From: an uncultured Rhodobacteraceae bacterium
GTDB taxonomy: Bacteria > Pseudomonadota > Alphaproteobacteria > Rhodobacterales > Rhodobacteraceae
DNA length: 64,000 nt
Assembly (NCBI GenBank): GCA_947496535.1
Contig: CANMDE010000009.1
Location: 15,812 to 79,811, forward strand
Reading direction: 5' to 3'
Numbering within the stretch: the first letter of the stretch is position 1; each line of letters starts with the position of its first letter. A program made the translations under genes and the position numbers. Below are positions 38,620-47,110 of this stretch, piece after piece. Below the pieces are notes generated by a model, which saw only the letters and a program-made list of their open reading frames with translations, ran no database searches and was not told the DNA's origin.

Positions 38620-39522
38620 ATGCAAAATTGGGATGATATACGGGTGTTTTTGGCGGTGGCGCGTGCGGAAAGCCTTTCGGGGGCCGCGCCAGTGCTGAAA
38701 ATGGACCCCGCTACGCTGAGCCGTCGTGTTGCCCGGTTAGAGCGTTCGCTGGGTGCGACGCTGTTTGTGAAATCACCGCAGGGTTACGCCTTGACCGATT
38801 TGGGTGAGCGGATGCGCGATCATGCGATGGAGGCTGAGGCGCATCTGGCGCTTGCCGTGGATGAAGGGCAGGGCGTGTCTTCGGCCCTGACAGGACAGAT
38901 ACGGATTGGCGCCCCGGATGGCGCGGCCAATTTCCTGTTGCCGCAGGTCTGTGCCGCAATTCGTGCCGAGAACCCTGACCTTGAAGTGCAGATCCTGGCC
39001 TTGCCCCGTGTGGTGAACCTGTCCCGGCGCGAGGCGGATATGGCGATTGCCGTGAGTCCACCGGCGGCTGGCCGTTTGAGCGTGCAGAAGGTCATAGATT
39101 ATCATTTGCATCTGGCAATGCGCGCCGATGGTCCTGTCGTTGAAGGCCTGTCCGATCTGCGGCGACATCCGATTGTTGGCTACATCCCCGATATGATCTT
39201 TGACAAGGAATTGGATTACTTGGACGTTGCCGAGGTCGATAGGGTGCAGATGGCCTCAAACTCGGTTGCCGTGCAGCTACAGATGATCCGGCAGGGGGGC
39301 GTGGGGATAGTTCATGATTTTGCGTTGCCATTCGCGCCGGAGCTTCAGCGGGTGCTGACCGACGCGGTTTCTTTGACCCGTTCATTCTATCTGGTGCGTC
39401 ATACATCTGACCGGCAATCCGATCGGCTGACTCGCTTTGCCGCGTCCTTGATGGCAGGATTGCAGGCAGAGGTTGTGAGGCTGGAAAATTTAGCACGCTT
39501 GACAGGTGGGCCTTCTATTTGA
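38620..39522 (+). CDS. LysR-family transcriptional regulator (divergent from mmsA)
   Basis: MQNWDDIRVFLAVARAESLSGAA wHTH N-terminus. ~300 aa from ATG 38620. Confidence 0.85.
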   Translation: MQNWDDIRVFLAVARAESLSGAAPVLKMDPATLSRRVARLERSLGATLFVKSPQGYALTDLGERMRDHAMEAEAHLALAVDEGQGVSSALTGQIRIGAPDGAANFLLPQVCAAIRAENPDLEVQILALPRVVNLSRREADMAIAVSPPAAGRLSVQKVIDYHLHLAMRADGPVVEGLSDLRRHPIVGYIPDMIFDKELDYLDVAEVDRVQMASNSVAVQLQMIRQGGVGIVHDFALPFAPELQRVLTDAVSLTRSFYLVRHTSDRQSDRLTRFAASLMAGLQAEVVRLENLARLTGGPSI

Positions 39523-39562
39523 GACCATATTTCTTGAGGTTGCAGAAAAGGGAGGCCATTCC

Positions 39563-39997
39563 ATGATCGTTTCGCAAATCCTAAAGACAAAGGCCAATGT
39601 GGGGGTCATCTCTGTAAAACCGGATGCGCCGGTTGCAGATGCGGTAGAACTTTTGTCGCAAAAGCGCATCGGGACTGTGGTGGTTTCGTCGGATGGTACT
39701 GCCCTCGACGGGATTTTGTCAGAGCGTGATATCGTCCGCGAAATGGGAAAGCGCGGCACTGCCTGCCTTGATGAGCCCGTCAAGAATTTGATGACGTCCC
39801 GACTTGTCACATGCACGCCGGCTGACAGTGCGGATGCCGTTTTAGAGATGATGACCAACGGGCGCTTTCGCCATCTGCCGGTGATGGACGGGGGCGACAT
39901 GATTGGGCTGATCTCTATCGGAGATGTGGTCAAGGCCCGTTTGGCCGAACTTTCCATGGAAAAAGATGCCCTTGAAGGCATGATCATGGGGCACTAG
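39563..39997 (+). CDS. CBS-domain pair protein
   Basis: Two CBS repeats (GTVVVSSDGTALDGILSERDIV and FRHLPVMDGGDMIGLISIGDVV). AAGGGAGG RBS before ATG 39563. Confidence 0.8.
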   Translation: MIVSQILKTKANVGVISVKPDAPVADAVELLSQKRIGTVVVSSDGTALDGILSERDIVREMGKRGTACLDEPVKNLMTSRLVTCTPADSADAVLEMMTNGRFRHLPVMDGGDMIGLISIGDVVKARLAELSMEKDALEGMIMGH

Positions 39998-40070
39998 CGT
40001 AAGTCGCCTTGCATTCCTGCACGAAATATTGTTGCGTGCGCCCGAATTCTAAAGACGATGAGGTAGCGCG

Positions 40071-40565
40071 ATGCGTGTAGGACTTTACCCCGGTACATTT
40101 GATCCGGTCACGCATGGGCATATCGATATTGTCCGCAGGGCCTGCGGGTTAGTGGACCGGCTTGTCATCGGTGTGGCGATCAATCGTGACAAGGGCCCGC
40201 TGTTTTCGCTCGAAGAGCGTGTGGCTATGGTTAAAACGGAATGTGTGCCGTTGGGGTCAGATATAGGCTGTGAGATTGTTGTTCATCCGTTTGAAAATCT
40301 GCTGATCGACTGCGCCCACGATGTGGGAGCAAGCGTGATCATTCGGGGGCTCCGTGCTGTTGCCGATTTTGAGTATGAATTTCAGATGGTCGAAATGAAC
40401 CGCGCAATGGACGACACAATTGAAACTGTTTTTCTAATGGCGGATGCAAAGAAACGGGCGATTGCGTCGAAGCTGGTAAAAGAGATCGCACGGCTTGGCG
40501 GGGATGTGTCCAGCTTTGTGCCACCGGCGGTCAACACCGCTTTGATGGACCGTCTGGGGCGGTGA
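40071..40565 (+). CDS. coaD: pantetheine-phosphate adenylyltransferase
   Basis: YPGTFDPVTHGHIDI nucleotidyltransferase motif. 164 aa. Confidence 0.92.
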   Translation: MRVGLYPGTFDPVTHGHIDIVRRACGLVDRLVIGVAINRDKGPLFSLEERVAMVKTECVPLGSDIGCEIVVHPFENLLIDCAHDVGASVIIRGLRAVADFEYEFQMVEMNRAMDDTIETVFLMADAKKRAIASKLVKEIARLGGDVSSFVPPAVNTALMDRLGR

Positions 40566-41335
40566 GGCACTTGGCCTTTTTGCTGGGCCTGTATGGTGCT
40601 TATGCCATTGTAATGATCTGGCTGCATCCACGGTTGATCTATCCGTTTGGTCCTGATGCGTTTGATGATCCCCGATTTGAACAAGTTGTGATCCCTGAGC
40701 GCGATGTCGCTTTGGCCGTCCGTGAAGGTGAGGGGCCTGCAGTATTGTTCTTTATGGGCAATGGTGGGGCGCTGGCATATTTCACCTACACATTGGATGC
40801 GCATGTGAATGCTGGTCGTACAATTGTTGCGATGGAGTATCCGGGTGGTGGAGGAATTCCGGGTACGCCTTCGGAGAAGGGGCTGAAGGCTGATGCGCTG
40901 GCGGCTTACGACTGGCTCGCCGCGCGTCATGATGGCCCGATTGTTGTGCATGGCTATTCGATGGGTAGCGGACTTGCCCAATACGTGGCCGCAGAACGGG
41001 ACGTTGCCGCCATTGTTCTGGACGCGCCGTTTGTCAAAATGTGTGAATTAATGACGCGCCGCGCTTTTTTGCCGGCCTGCATTTTGCCGGGAGTGCAAAA
41101 ATGGAATTCAGCAGCGCTTGTCCCGAAGCTAAAGGCAACCGTGCTAGTGCAGCATGGTGCGGCGGATCAGTTGATCCCTGCTACCGTTGGCGAAAGGCTG
41201 GTCGGGTTGATGCGCAAGGCCAGTTTGGATGCCACGTTCCATACCATTCCGGGTGCGACGCACAATAATCTGGCGGGGACGCCGGGTTACGCAGAGCGGA
41301 TCGATGCGTTTCTTAGCGATGTGCTTGATAAATAA
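40562..41335 (+). CDS. alpha/beta hydrolase
   Basis: N-terminal hydrophobic helix. VVHGYSMGSG nucleophile elbow. GTGA overlap with coaD. Confidence 0.65.
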   Translation: MRHLAFLLGLYGAYAIVMIWLHPRLIYPFGPDAFDDPRFEQVVIPERDVALAVREGEGPAVLFFMGNGGALAYFTYTLDAHVNAGRTIVAMEYPGGGGIPGTPSEKGLKADALAAYDWLAARHDGPIVVHGYSMGSGLAQYVAAERDVAAIVLDAPFVKMCELMTRRAFLPACILPGVQKWNSAALVPKLKATVLVQHGAADQLIPATVGERLVGLMRKASLDATFHTIPGATHNNLAGTPGYAERIDAFLSDVLDK

Positions 41336-41336
41336 A

Positions 41337-41356
41337 ACCGCGCTGATGGGCGCGGT
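41337..41356. terminator. bidirectional intrinsic terminator
   Basis: ACCGCGC / GCGCGGT stem with a 6-nt loop. AAAA on the left, CTTATTGTTTT on the right. It serves the convergent hydrolase and DUF1127 genes. Confidence 0.7.
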
Positions 41357-41378
41357 CTTATTGTTTTGCGTCAGTGGC

Positions 41379-41537
41379 TTAGCCGTAAACTGCCTTTGAG
41401 GCGATTTTTGGTGCGTCTTCGGGGAAGATGCCAAGGTCAACGGCGACTTCGTATGGCATGTTGCTGATTTCGTATTTTGTACGTGTGTATTCAGCGCGTT
41501 TCAGCATGGCGGCACGTAAGTTTGTCAGGACGGTCAT
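41379..41537 (-). CDS. DUF1127-type small protein (52 aa; below the ORF-track cutoff)
   Basis: My translation: MTVLTNLRAAMLKRAEYTRTKYEISNMPYEVAVDLGIFPEDAPKIASKAVYG. It shows the R/K-rich helix plus the [DE]LGI..ED motif typical of DUF1127. AAGGAAA RBS. A terminator lies immediately downstream. Confidence 0.7.
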   Translation of the reverse strand: MTVLTNLRAAMLKRAEYTRTKYEISNMPYEVAVDLGIFPEDAPKIASKAVYG

Positions 41538-41666
41538 TGTCGTTTCCTTTTAAGTATCGGTTGTCATCTGTTGACACCAATCTAATCATGCTGCGCTGCA
41601 GCACAACTGACATGCTGATCTACCCGCCATTCCGAAAATGCATGGCAGAATAAGCCGGTCGCACAT

Positions 41667-41696
41667 AAAAAAGGCCGGCCCGTTTCGGGGCCGACC
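41667..41696 (-). terminator. intrinsic terminator of gap
   Basis: Minus strand: GGTCGGCCC-cgaaac-GGGCCGGCC (9 bp, one G-U pair) followed by TTTTTT. It lies 25 nt after the gap stop. Confidence 0.8.
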
Positions 41697-41721
41697 TCTG
41701 AAACAATATCGTTTACTGGGT

Positions 41722-42723
41722 TTAGATGAGCTTTCCCATCGCCACGGCAGTATCTGCCATACGGTTGGAGAAGCCCCATTCGTTGTCGTACCAAGACAGG
41801 ATACGAACCATGTTTCCGTCCAACACCTTGGTCTGATCCATATGGAAGATCGACGAATGTGGGTCATGGTTGAAATCCGAGCTGACCATCGGCAGGTCGG
41901 TGTAGCCCAAGACGCCTTTGAGCGGGCCGTCAGCGGCGGTTTTGATCGCCGCGTTGATCTCTTCCACATTGGTCGCCTTGGAGGCTTCGAATGTCAGGTC
42001 TACGACGGATACGTTCGGTGTAGGCACCCGGATCGCAACACCGTCAAGCTTTCCGTTCAGCTCTGGCAGGACTAGCCCCACGGCCTTGGCTGCGCCGGTG
42101 GATGTCGGGATCATTGACAGGGCCGCCGCGCGGGCGCGGTAGAGATCCTTGTGCATTGTGTCGAGCGTTGGCTGGTCGCCGGTGTAGCTGTGGATTGTGG
42201 TCATGAACCCTTTGGTAATTCCCACCGCATCGTTAAGCACCTTGGCCACTGGTGACAGGCAGTTGGTTGTGCATGATGCGTTCGAGACAACGATGTCGTC
42301 GCTTGTCAGTGTGTCGTGGTTTACGCCGTACACGATTGTTTTATCGGCCTCTTTCCCCGGTGCAGAGATCAGCACACGCGATGATCCGTTTTCAAGATGC
42401 GCCTGGCACGCTTCTTTGCTGGTGAAGATGCCCGTGCATTCCAATACGACATCGACGTTAGACCATGGTAGGTCAGCGGGGTTGCGCATGGCTGTCACTT
42501 CCATCGGCCCGCGTCCAACATCGATGGTGGTGTCTGTGGTTGTCACAGTTGCCGGAAAACGGCCGTGGACGCTATCGAACCGCAGCAAATGCGCATTCGT
42601 TTCCACTGGTCCAAGGTCGTTTATGGCCACAACTTCGATATCGGTGCGTCCGCTTTCGATGATCGCTCGCAACACGTTGCGGCCGATCCGGCCAAATCCG
42701 TTGATAGCTACTTTGACGGCCAT
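41722..42723 (-). CDS. gap: type I glyceraldehyde-3-phosphate dehydrogenase
   Basis: INGFGRIGR and the active site SNASCTTNC. 333 aa. Confidence 0.95.
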   Translation of the reverse strand: MAVKVAINGFGRIGRNVLRAIIESGRTDIEVVAINDLGPVETNAHLLRFDSVHGRFPATVTTTDTTIDVGRGPMEVTAMRNPADLPWSNVDVVLECTGIFTSKEACQAHLENGSSRVLISAPGKEADKTIVYGVNHDTLTSDDIVVSNASCTTNCLSPVAKVLNDAVGITKGFMTTIHSYTGDQPTLDTMHKDLYRARAAALSMIPTSTGAAKAVGLVLPELNGKLDGVAIRVPTPNVSVVDLTFEASKATNVEEINAAIKTAADGPLKGVLGYTDLPMVSSDFNHDPHSSIFHMDQTKVLDGNMVRILSWYDNEWGFSNRMADTAVAMGKLI

Positions 42724-42798
42724 AGTTACGTCCTCCTGAGGGGTTATATTGCTGACAACATTGCAATTTATGACGAAAGGTCAACCATGCTTGGCAGG

Positions 42799-42942
42799 TT
42801 AACGCCAGAAGGCAATGTAGGTAATGAGATCGGTCAATTTTTGAACCAAAAATTGCGCGGCACCCCAGCCCAATACGAACTGATCGAGGGCAACGAAGCC
42901 GATTAGGAGCACGGCGAGGATAAGGGCGAGCCTGTTTGTCAT
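42799..42942 (-). CDS. possible 47-aa hydrophobic peptide between tkt and gap
   Basis: My translation: MTNRLALILAVLLIGFVALDQFVLGWGAAQFLVQKLTDLITYIAFWR. No clear SD. It is the only sensible ORF in the 272-bp spacer. Confidence 0.3.
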   Translation of the reverse strand: MTNRLALILAVLLIGFVALDQFVLGWGAAQFLVQKLTDLITYIAFWR

Positions 42943-42995
42943 TTAGTACCACGCGGGCGGTCCCGTCCTTTAGTTGTTCAGGACGGGAGACGCCG

Positions 42996-45014
42996 TTACT
43001 TGAGCAGGGATCTGACTTTGGCGGCGGTATCCTTGGCCGTGATGCCAAATTCCTCGAACAGTCGTGGGGCAGGTGCGGATGCACCGAAGCCTTCCATTCC
43101 GACAAAGCCTGCTTTCTTTGCGTTACCCCGTTCGCCGAGCAGCCATTTGTCCCAACCAAACTGCACGCCTGCTTCGACCGCGACCCGGACCGGGCCAGCG
43201 GGCAACACGCGCTTGCGATAGGATTCGTCTTGATCTTCGAACAACTCCCAGCATGGCATTGAGACAACACGGGTGCCGATCCCTTCGGCTTGCAGCAGAT
43301 CACGGGCGGCGAGGGCGACTTCGACCTCGGACCCTGATGCCATGATAATGGCTTGGCGTTTGCCATCGGCATCGGCAAGAACGTAAGCGCCCTGGGCCGT
43401 AAGGTTCTTTGTCTTGTGTTCTGTCCGTACCGTCGGCAGACCCTGACGGGACAGTGCCAGCACGCTTGGCGTCTTTTGTGATGTCAGTGCGCATTCCCAT
43501 GCCTCTGCCGTTTCGACGGTGTCAGCTGGCCGGAAGACATGAGTGTTGGGTGTTGCGCGCAGCATGGCGAGGTGTTCGACGGGCTGGTGCGTTGGTCCGT
43601 CTTCGCCGAGACCGATACTGTCATGGGTCATCACATAAGTTGTGGGGATCCCCATAAGCGCAGAGAGCCGCATTGCCCCGCGTGCATAGTCTGTGAAGCA
43701 CATGAAAGTGCCGCCGTAAGGCCGCGCCCCGCCGTGTAGTGCCATACCGTTCATGGCAGCTGCCATGCCGTGTTCGCGTACACCGTAGTAGATGTAGCGC
43801 CCTTTGCGGTTGTCGGGGTTGAACACCCCGAGATCGGCGGTTTTTGTATTGTTGGAGCCGGTGAGATCGGCAGAACCGCCGATCGTTTCGTGCATGATCG
43901 GGTTGATGACTTCGAGCGTCATCTCCGATGATTTGCGTGTTGCGACTTTGGGCGCGCCTTCGCTGATTTGCTTTTTCAGCGCCCGAATGGTGGCTGAGAG
44001 CTTCTTGGGAGCTTCGCCTGCGTAAATCCGGTTGAATTCAGCTTGTCTGCTGGCGGACAGGGTTGCGAACCGTGCTTCCCAGTCCTTGCGGGTTTCTTGC
44101 CCGCGCGCGCCAATGGCTTCCCATTGATTTTTGACGTCTGCTGGGACTTCGAAGGGGCCGTAGTTCCATCCATAGGCTTTTTTGGCCGCTTCCAGTTGTT
44201 CCTGATCGGTCAGCGCACCGTGCCCTTTTGACGTATCCTGTGCGGCGTGACCAAGTGCGATATGGGTTTTGCACGCGATCATTGACGGGCGCGGATCAGC
44301 TTTGGCTGCCGTGATGGCTGCATCAATCGCCTCGGGGTCGTGTCCGTCGATGGACTGGACATGCCAGCCTGCGGCGGTGAACCGAGCCGGTTGATCCGTA
44401 ATGTCGGCCATATCAACCGTGCCGTCGATCGTGATGTTGTTGTTGTCAAAGAAGGCAATCAGGTGGCCCAGCTTTTGCATGCCAGCAAGGCCAATCGCTT
44501 CGTGGCTGACGCCTTCCATCAGGCAGCCGTCGCCAGCGATGACGTAAGTATGGTGATCAACGATTTTTTTGCCCCAGGTGGCCCGCTGGATTTCTTCGGC
44601 GATCGCAAAGCCGACCGAATTGGCGATGCCCTGGCCGAGCGGGCCTGTTGTGGTTTCGATCCCTCGTGCATGACCGAATTCCGGGTGGCCAGCCGTGCGA
44701 GCGCCCCATTGGCGGAAATCCTTGATCTGATCCAGGGGCATATCTTCGTAGCCGGTCAGATACATCAGTGCGTAAAGCAGCATGGAACCGTGGCCCGCAG
44801 ACAGGATGAACCTGTCGCGATCTGGCCATTCTGGTGTCTTTGGATCGAAATTCAGATGCTTTTCGAAAAGAACTGTCGCCACATCCGCCATACCCATTGG
44901 CATGCCTGAATGGCCTGAATTAGCAGCAGCGACCGCATCCAGGGTCAATGTCCTGATGGCGGCGGCTTTCATCCAGTGATCGGGGTGTGCTTTGCGAAGG
45001 GCTGCAATATCCAA
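42996..45014 (-). CDS. tkt: transketolase
   Basis: SGHSGMPMG and GDGCLMEG ThDP motifs. 672 aa. The start is the TTG at 45014, with AGGA 10 nt upstream. Confidence 0.95.
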   Translation of the reverse strand: MDIAALRKAHPDHWMKAAAIRTLTLDAVAAANSGHSGMPMGMADVATVLFEKHLNFDPKTPEWPDRDRFILSAGHGSMLLYALMYLTGYEDMPLDQIKDFRQWGARTAGHPEFGHARGIETTTGPLGQGIANSVGFAIAEEIQRATWGKKIVDHHTYVIAGDGCLMEGVSHEAIGLAGMQKLGHLIAFFDNNNITIDGTVDMADITDQPARFTAAGWHVQSIDGHDPEAIDAAITAAKADPRPSMIACKTHIALGHAAQDTSKGHGALTDQEQLEAAKKAYGWNYGPFEVPADVKNQWEAIGARGQETRKDWEARFATLSASRQAEFNRIYAGEAPKKLSATIRALKKQISEGAPKVATRKSSEMTLEVINPIMHETIGGSADLTGSNNTKTADLGVFNPDNRKGRYIYYGVREHGMAAAMNGMALHGGARPYGGTFMCFTDYARGAMRLSALMGIPTTYVMTHDSIGLGEDGPTHQPVEHLAMLRATPNTHVFRPADTVETAEAWECALTSQKTPSVLALSRQGLPTVRTEHKTKNLTAQGAYVLADADGKRQAIIMASGSEVEVALAARDLLQAEGIGTRVVSMPCWELFEDQDESYRKRVLPAGPVRVAVEAGVQFGWDKWLLGERGNAKKAGFVGMEGFGASAPAPRLFEEFGITAKDTAAKVRSLLK

Positions 45015-45298
45015 GGTGCTTTATCCTGTCATTAAAGGCGTTATGGCCTGATAGGCAGGCTGCCGCCCGAGATCAAGCAGGTCGAAAGGTCAGATCAAGC
45101 ATGATCCCTAAGTCATTCATTTTATTATCACCTGTCGATTTGATGCGGGCGAGTGCATGTCTTAGGCTGTCAGCACAGGGGTACGATTCGGCGGGAAAGG
45201 ATGCCGCACACGCAATCCAACCGCTGTGGACGATAGTGACGGCATGCCGATTTGGCATGTCACATGGCCTTTGGTGGGGGCCAAGAAAGGACAGGCGT

Positions 45299-45757
45299 AT
45301 GAGTGATATTGCCACGTATGAAAGCCGGATAACGGCGGCGTTGGATCGGATCAGGCAAGGAATAGAAAAAACAGCGCAGGATAATACTTCGGCCACAGCT
45401 TTGGTCGCGGCACGCGCTGAGAATGCAGAATTAGCTGCGGCGTTGCGTGCTTTGGAAGGGCAGCAGGCCGACAGCGGATCAAATTTGGCAGAGCAAGTTG
45501 CATCGCAGCAGGTGCAGATCGCCAAGCTGGATGCGGAGTTGCAGCGCTTGCGTCAGTCCAATGCCCAGATGCGAGAAATCAATACAGAGTTAAGGGCCGC
45601 AATGACCAGCGGACTGGCGCCCGAATTGCTTGATCAGGCAGTTGCGGCGGAGATTGAGGCCATGGCTGCCCAACGTGCGGCCGAGGCCGCTGAGGTCGAG
45701 GCAGTGCTAGCCGCACTGAAGCCATTGGTAGAGGAGGCTGGTCATGCCGCAGGTTGA
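45299..45757 (+). CDS. coiled-coil protein upstream of zapA (ZauP/ZapB-like by position)
   Basis: ATG 45299 with an AAAGGA RBS. 152 aa, Ala/Glu/Gln/Leu-rich heptad-like sequence. The 3' end overlaps the zapA start by 14 nt. The longer track ORF (from 44987) would overlap the tkt start. Confidence 0.6.
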   Translation: MSDIATYESRITAALDRIRQGIEKTAQDNTSATALVAARAENAELAAALRALEGQQADSGSNLAEQVASQQVQIAKLDAELQRLRQSNAQMREINTELRAAMTSGLAPELLDQAVAAEIEAMAAQRAAEAAEVEAVLAALKPLVEEAGHAAG

Positions 45758-46136
45758 GATTTCCATAGGTGGCCGTACGTTCGAAATAGCCTGCCAAGAT
45801 GGTGAGGAACCTTTCCTGACTTCTGCTGCCGCGATGCTCGACATCGAGGCGGCGCACCTAGCCGAGCAGGTTGGTCGGATGCCCGAGGCACGAATGTTGC
45901 TGATGGCCGGATTGATGCTGGCGGACAAGACCGCTGGACTGGAAGACAAGGTCAGCGAAACCGAAGGCCGGATGGCACAGTTGCAGGCCCGGATAGATAC
46001 GCTGGAGAGCCAGCCTGCGCCGCAGCCGGAGAGGGTCGAGGTTCCGGTTGTTCCCGCGACGGTGACTGATGCGCTGGCAGAGATCGCCGCACGCGCCGAG
46101 GCGCTGGCGGAGCAGGTTTCGGGGTCGACCAGCTAA
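45744..46136 (+). CDS. zapA: cell division protein ZapA
   Basis: N-terminal VEISIGGRTFEIACQDGEE fold motif followed by a coiled coil. 130 aa. Confidence 0.8.
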   Translation: MPQVEISIGGRTFEIACQDGEEPFLTSAAAMLDIEAAHLAEQVGRMPEARMLLMAGLMLADKTAGLEDKVSETEGRMAQLQARIDTLESQPAPQPERVEVPVVPATVTDALAEIAARAEALAEQVSGSTS

Positions 46137-46152
46137 GCGATCGGCCCCTGTT

Positions 46153-46512
46153 TTATGCGTTGGCTTCCCGAATTTTGTCAGCGGCGTCCTTGTCGAAGGT
46201 CACACCGTTCTCTGCGAACAGGGTGTCCAGTTCGCCCGACAGCGTCATTTCGGTGATGATATCACAGCCGCCGACAAATTCGCCTTTGACGTAAAGCTGG
46301 GGGATCGTCGGCCAGTCGGAGTAGTCCTTTATCCCCTGTCGGATCTCATCGTCCGCCAGGACGTTGATGTCGGCGAAATCGACGCCCATGAAGTTCAGCA
46401 CGCCAGCCACGCGGGACGAAAACCCGCATTGCGGCATGGTTTTGGTGCCTTTCATGAAAAGGACGACGTCATTGGCTGTGACGGTTTCTTTGATTTGGGT
46501 TTCGGCTGTCAT
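46153..46512 (-). CDS. grxD: Grx4-family monothiol glutaredoxin
   Basis: CGFS active site (MPQCGFSSRV). WPTIPQLYV. GGAGA RBS. Confidence 0.92.
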   Translation of the reverse strand: MTAETQIKETVTANDVVLFMKGTKTMPQCGFSSRVAGVLNFMGVDFADINVLADDEIRQGIKDYSDWPTIPQLYVKGEFVGGCDIITEMTLSGELDTLFAENGVTFDKDAADKIREANA

Positions 46513-46525
46513 TGTAGATCTCCGG

Positions 46526-46789
46526 TCATAACTTTTTTCGCCAAATATTTCGTGATCCGTGGCTGATCGCGTGATTTAGACGTTCAATTCTATCATTTTC
46601 GCGCACGACCTCATCGATGACTTCAGTGTTCACCGCCTCGGTGCCCAGCGGCCGCTTGCGAGGTTTCTGGCGCGTTGGACGCGCGGCTGACAGAGGGCGG
46701 TGCTGTTTCTTTGTGAAAAAGGTCCCGTAAAGATATGCGCCAAATGCCAAAACCACTAAGCCGCCAGCAAGTAGGAGCTTCGTGCTCAT
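46526..46789 (-). CDS. 87-aa membrane-anchored hypothetical protein between bolA and grxD
   Basis: ATGA overlap with the bolA stop. N-terminal TM helix LLLAGGLVVLAFGAYLYGTFF followed by a basic and then an acidic segment. Ends 13 nt before the grxD start. Confidence 0.5.
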   Translation of the reverse strand: MSTKLLLAGGLVVLAFGAYLYGTFFTKKQHRPLSAARPTRQKPRKRPLGTEAVNTEVIDEVVRENDRIERLNHAISHGSRNIWRKKL

Positions 46790-47022
46790 TCGGGGGCCTT
46801 TGTGGTCAGACCCAAGGCATGCAGCTCGCCGTTGTTGCCGTCCATCTTGCCTTTGAGAGCCGCATAGACCGCGCGTTGCTGCTGCACACGGTTTTTGCCG
46901 CGGAAGCTTTCGTCGATCACCTCGGCTGCGAAATGCGCTCCGTCGTCACCCTGCACGGTGATTTGGGCGTCGGGGAAACTTTCGCGGAGCATGGCTTCGA
47001 TGTCGTGGGCGGAAATGGGCAT
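46786..47022 (-). CDS. bolA: BolA-family protein
   Basis: 78 aa. GDDGAHFAAEVIDESFRGKNRVQQQRAVY and the conserved HAL near the C-terminus. Confidence 0.88.
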   Translation of the reverse strand: MPISAHDIEAMLRESFPDAQITVQGDDGAHFAAEVIDESFRGKNRVQQQRAVYAALKGKMDGNNGELHALGLTTKAPE

Positions 47023-47110
47023 TTATGGTCCTTTTGTACTTAATCTAGGCGCGAGGTGCCGTGTGGACAAGTCTGGAGCCTCCGGCGGGAGTTTTTGGGC
47101 CAAGATGAAG

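Noticed and set aside
44987-45298. N-terminal extension of the coiled-coil ORF (the track gives 256 aa from 44987).
   Set aside because: It would overlap the transketolase start and its RBS on the other strand. The extension is not coiled-coil-like, and a good RBS precedes the internal ATG at 45299.
46137-46152. Looked for a 6S RNA (ssrS) gene downstream of zapA, as in E. coli.
   Set aside because: Only 16 nt separate the zapA stop from the convergent grxD stop. The 285-bp region upstream of the coiled-coil gene showed no long closing-stem complementarity on inspection.
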